Assembly (NCBI GenBank): GCA_963827275.1
Contig: CAWHAA010000010.1
Span: forward strand, 64,001-128,000
Length of the DNA stretch: 64,000 nt
Direction of reading: 5' to 3'
Origin: an uncultured Spirochaetota bacterium
GTDB taxonomy: Bacteria; Spirochaetota; UBA4802; UBA5550
Shown here: positions 62,993 through 64,000 of the stretch, in pieces
How positions within the stretch are numbered: the first letter of the stretch is position 1
Layout of the letters: each line of letters opens with the position of its first letter
Translations under genes and position numbers: made by a program
Notes under the pieces: generated by a model
The model's database searches: none
What the model saw: the letters and a program-made list of their open reading frames with translations, nothing else
Told to the model about the DNA's origin: nothing

Positions 62993-64000
62993 ATGGAACA
63001 TGAACTAGGCACCATCCGCAACGAAGCGCTCGCAGCAATTAAGGCCGCACCGGACACCAACGCAATCGAGGAGATACGCATCAAGTACCTGGGCAGGAAA
63101 GGGGCCCTGACCCTCATCCTCCGCTCGCTGGGAAACATTCCCCCTGAAGAAAGGGCCCTGATGGGCAAGCTCTCCAACCAGTACAAGAATGAAATCGAGA
63201 CAGCCCTGGAGAACAGGCAGAATGACCTGGCGCGGGAAGGCGCGGACAGCCTTATCCGGGGCCAGTGGATCGACGTGACACTGGACTGCGTTCCGGCAGC
63301 AGGCATGACCGTCCCGGGCCGGCTCCATCCTATCTCGCGCATGCAGTACGAAATTGAAGATATTTTTACCTCGATGGGCTTCGAGATACACGACGGCCCC
63401 GAGGCAGAGACGGACTATTACAACTTCGAGGCGCTGAATATTCCGAAACACCACCCTGCCCGCGACATGCAGGACACGTTCTGGACCGAGGATGGCAACC
63501 TGCTGAGGACGCATACCTCCGCAATCCAGATACGGGCGATGGAAAAGGTCACGCCGCCCTTCCGCGTGGTGGGCCCCGGCAGGGTCTTCCGGTACGAGAG
63601 CACCGACGCCTCCCATGAAAACACCTTCTACCAGGTGGAAGGCATGATGGTGGACCGCGAGATAACCGTGGCGCAGCTCATCTTCTTTATGAAGGAGCTT
63701 TTGAAAGAGATATTTCATCGGGATGTTACCATCCGCCTCCGGCCCGGGTACTTCCCCTTCGTGGAACCCGGCTTCGAGCTGGACATCAACTGCCTCATCT
63801 GCGGCGGAAAGGGGTGCAGCGTGTGCAAGCAGTCAGGGTGGGTCGAGCTCCTCCCCTGCGGCCTCGTACACCCCAATGTCCTCCGCATGGGCGGGATCGA
63901 TCCTGAACAATGGTCCGGGTTCGCCTTCGGGCTCGGCCTGAACCGCCTCGTCATGATGAAATACGGCATTAACGACATTCGCCATTTCCTGAGCGGCGAT
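62993..64000 (+). CDS. pheS: Phenylalanine-tRNA ligase alpha subunit (runs off the window end; absent from the ORF track)
   Basis: Own translation from ATG 62993: KYLGRKG, GRLHP, YYNFEALNIPKHHPARDMQDTF, LLRTHTS, FYQVEG, YFPFVEP, GFAFGLG. Confidence 0.96.
   Translation, partial: MEHELGTIRNEALAAIKAAPDTNAIEEIRIKYLGRKGALTLILRSLGNIPPEERALMGKLSNQYKNEIETALENRQNDLAREGADSLIRGQWIDVTLDCVPAAGMTVPGRLHPISRMQYEIEDIFTSMGFEIHDGPEAETDYYNFEALNIPKHHPARDMQDTFWTEDGNLLRTHTSAIQIRAMEKVTPPFRVVGPGRVFRYESTDASHENTFYQVEGMMVDREITVAQLIFFMKELLKEIFHRDVTIRLRPGYFPFVEPGFELDINCLICGGKGCSVCKQSGWVELLPCGLVHPNVLRMGGIDPEQWSGFAFGLGLNRLVMMKYGINDIRHFLSGD

Overview
Bacterial chromosomal window, probably from a diderm, anaerobic Spirochaetota-like organism. 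This is an inference from the gene set: McsA-McsB-ClpC, FapA/DUF342, a tandem cNMP-TPR-cNMP Crp protein, AsmA, many lipoproteins and AOR. About 1-41.9 kb and 59.1-64 kb are GC-rich housekeeping backbone (miaB, mutS, leuCD, clpC, citrate synthase, pgi, tatA, asd, uvrC, tRNA-Pro, birA, pheS). About 42.2-59.05 kb is a visibly AT-richer accessory region with no integrase or transposase. It carries three + strand orphan secreted/lipoprotein genes and a - strand surface-glycan cluster (algJ-algI-algJ O-acetylation, wzm/wzt, methyltransferase, double glycosyltransferase). The most notable signal is a ~100-120 bp structured repeat in four same-orientation copies (42.39, 44.05, 57.88, 58.90 kb). The copies precede each orphan gene and close the island, and a near-consensus sigma70 promoter lies in front of the first copy. 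This resembles a cassette array, but the repeats are not canonical attC sites. Several conserved genes (mutS, the crp-like gene, pgi, algI) are split by 1-bp indels, mostly in short homopolymers, which most likely reflects long-read consensus errors.
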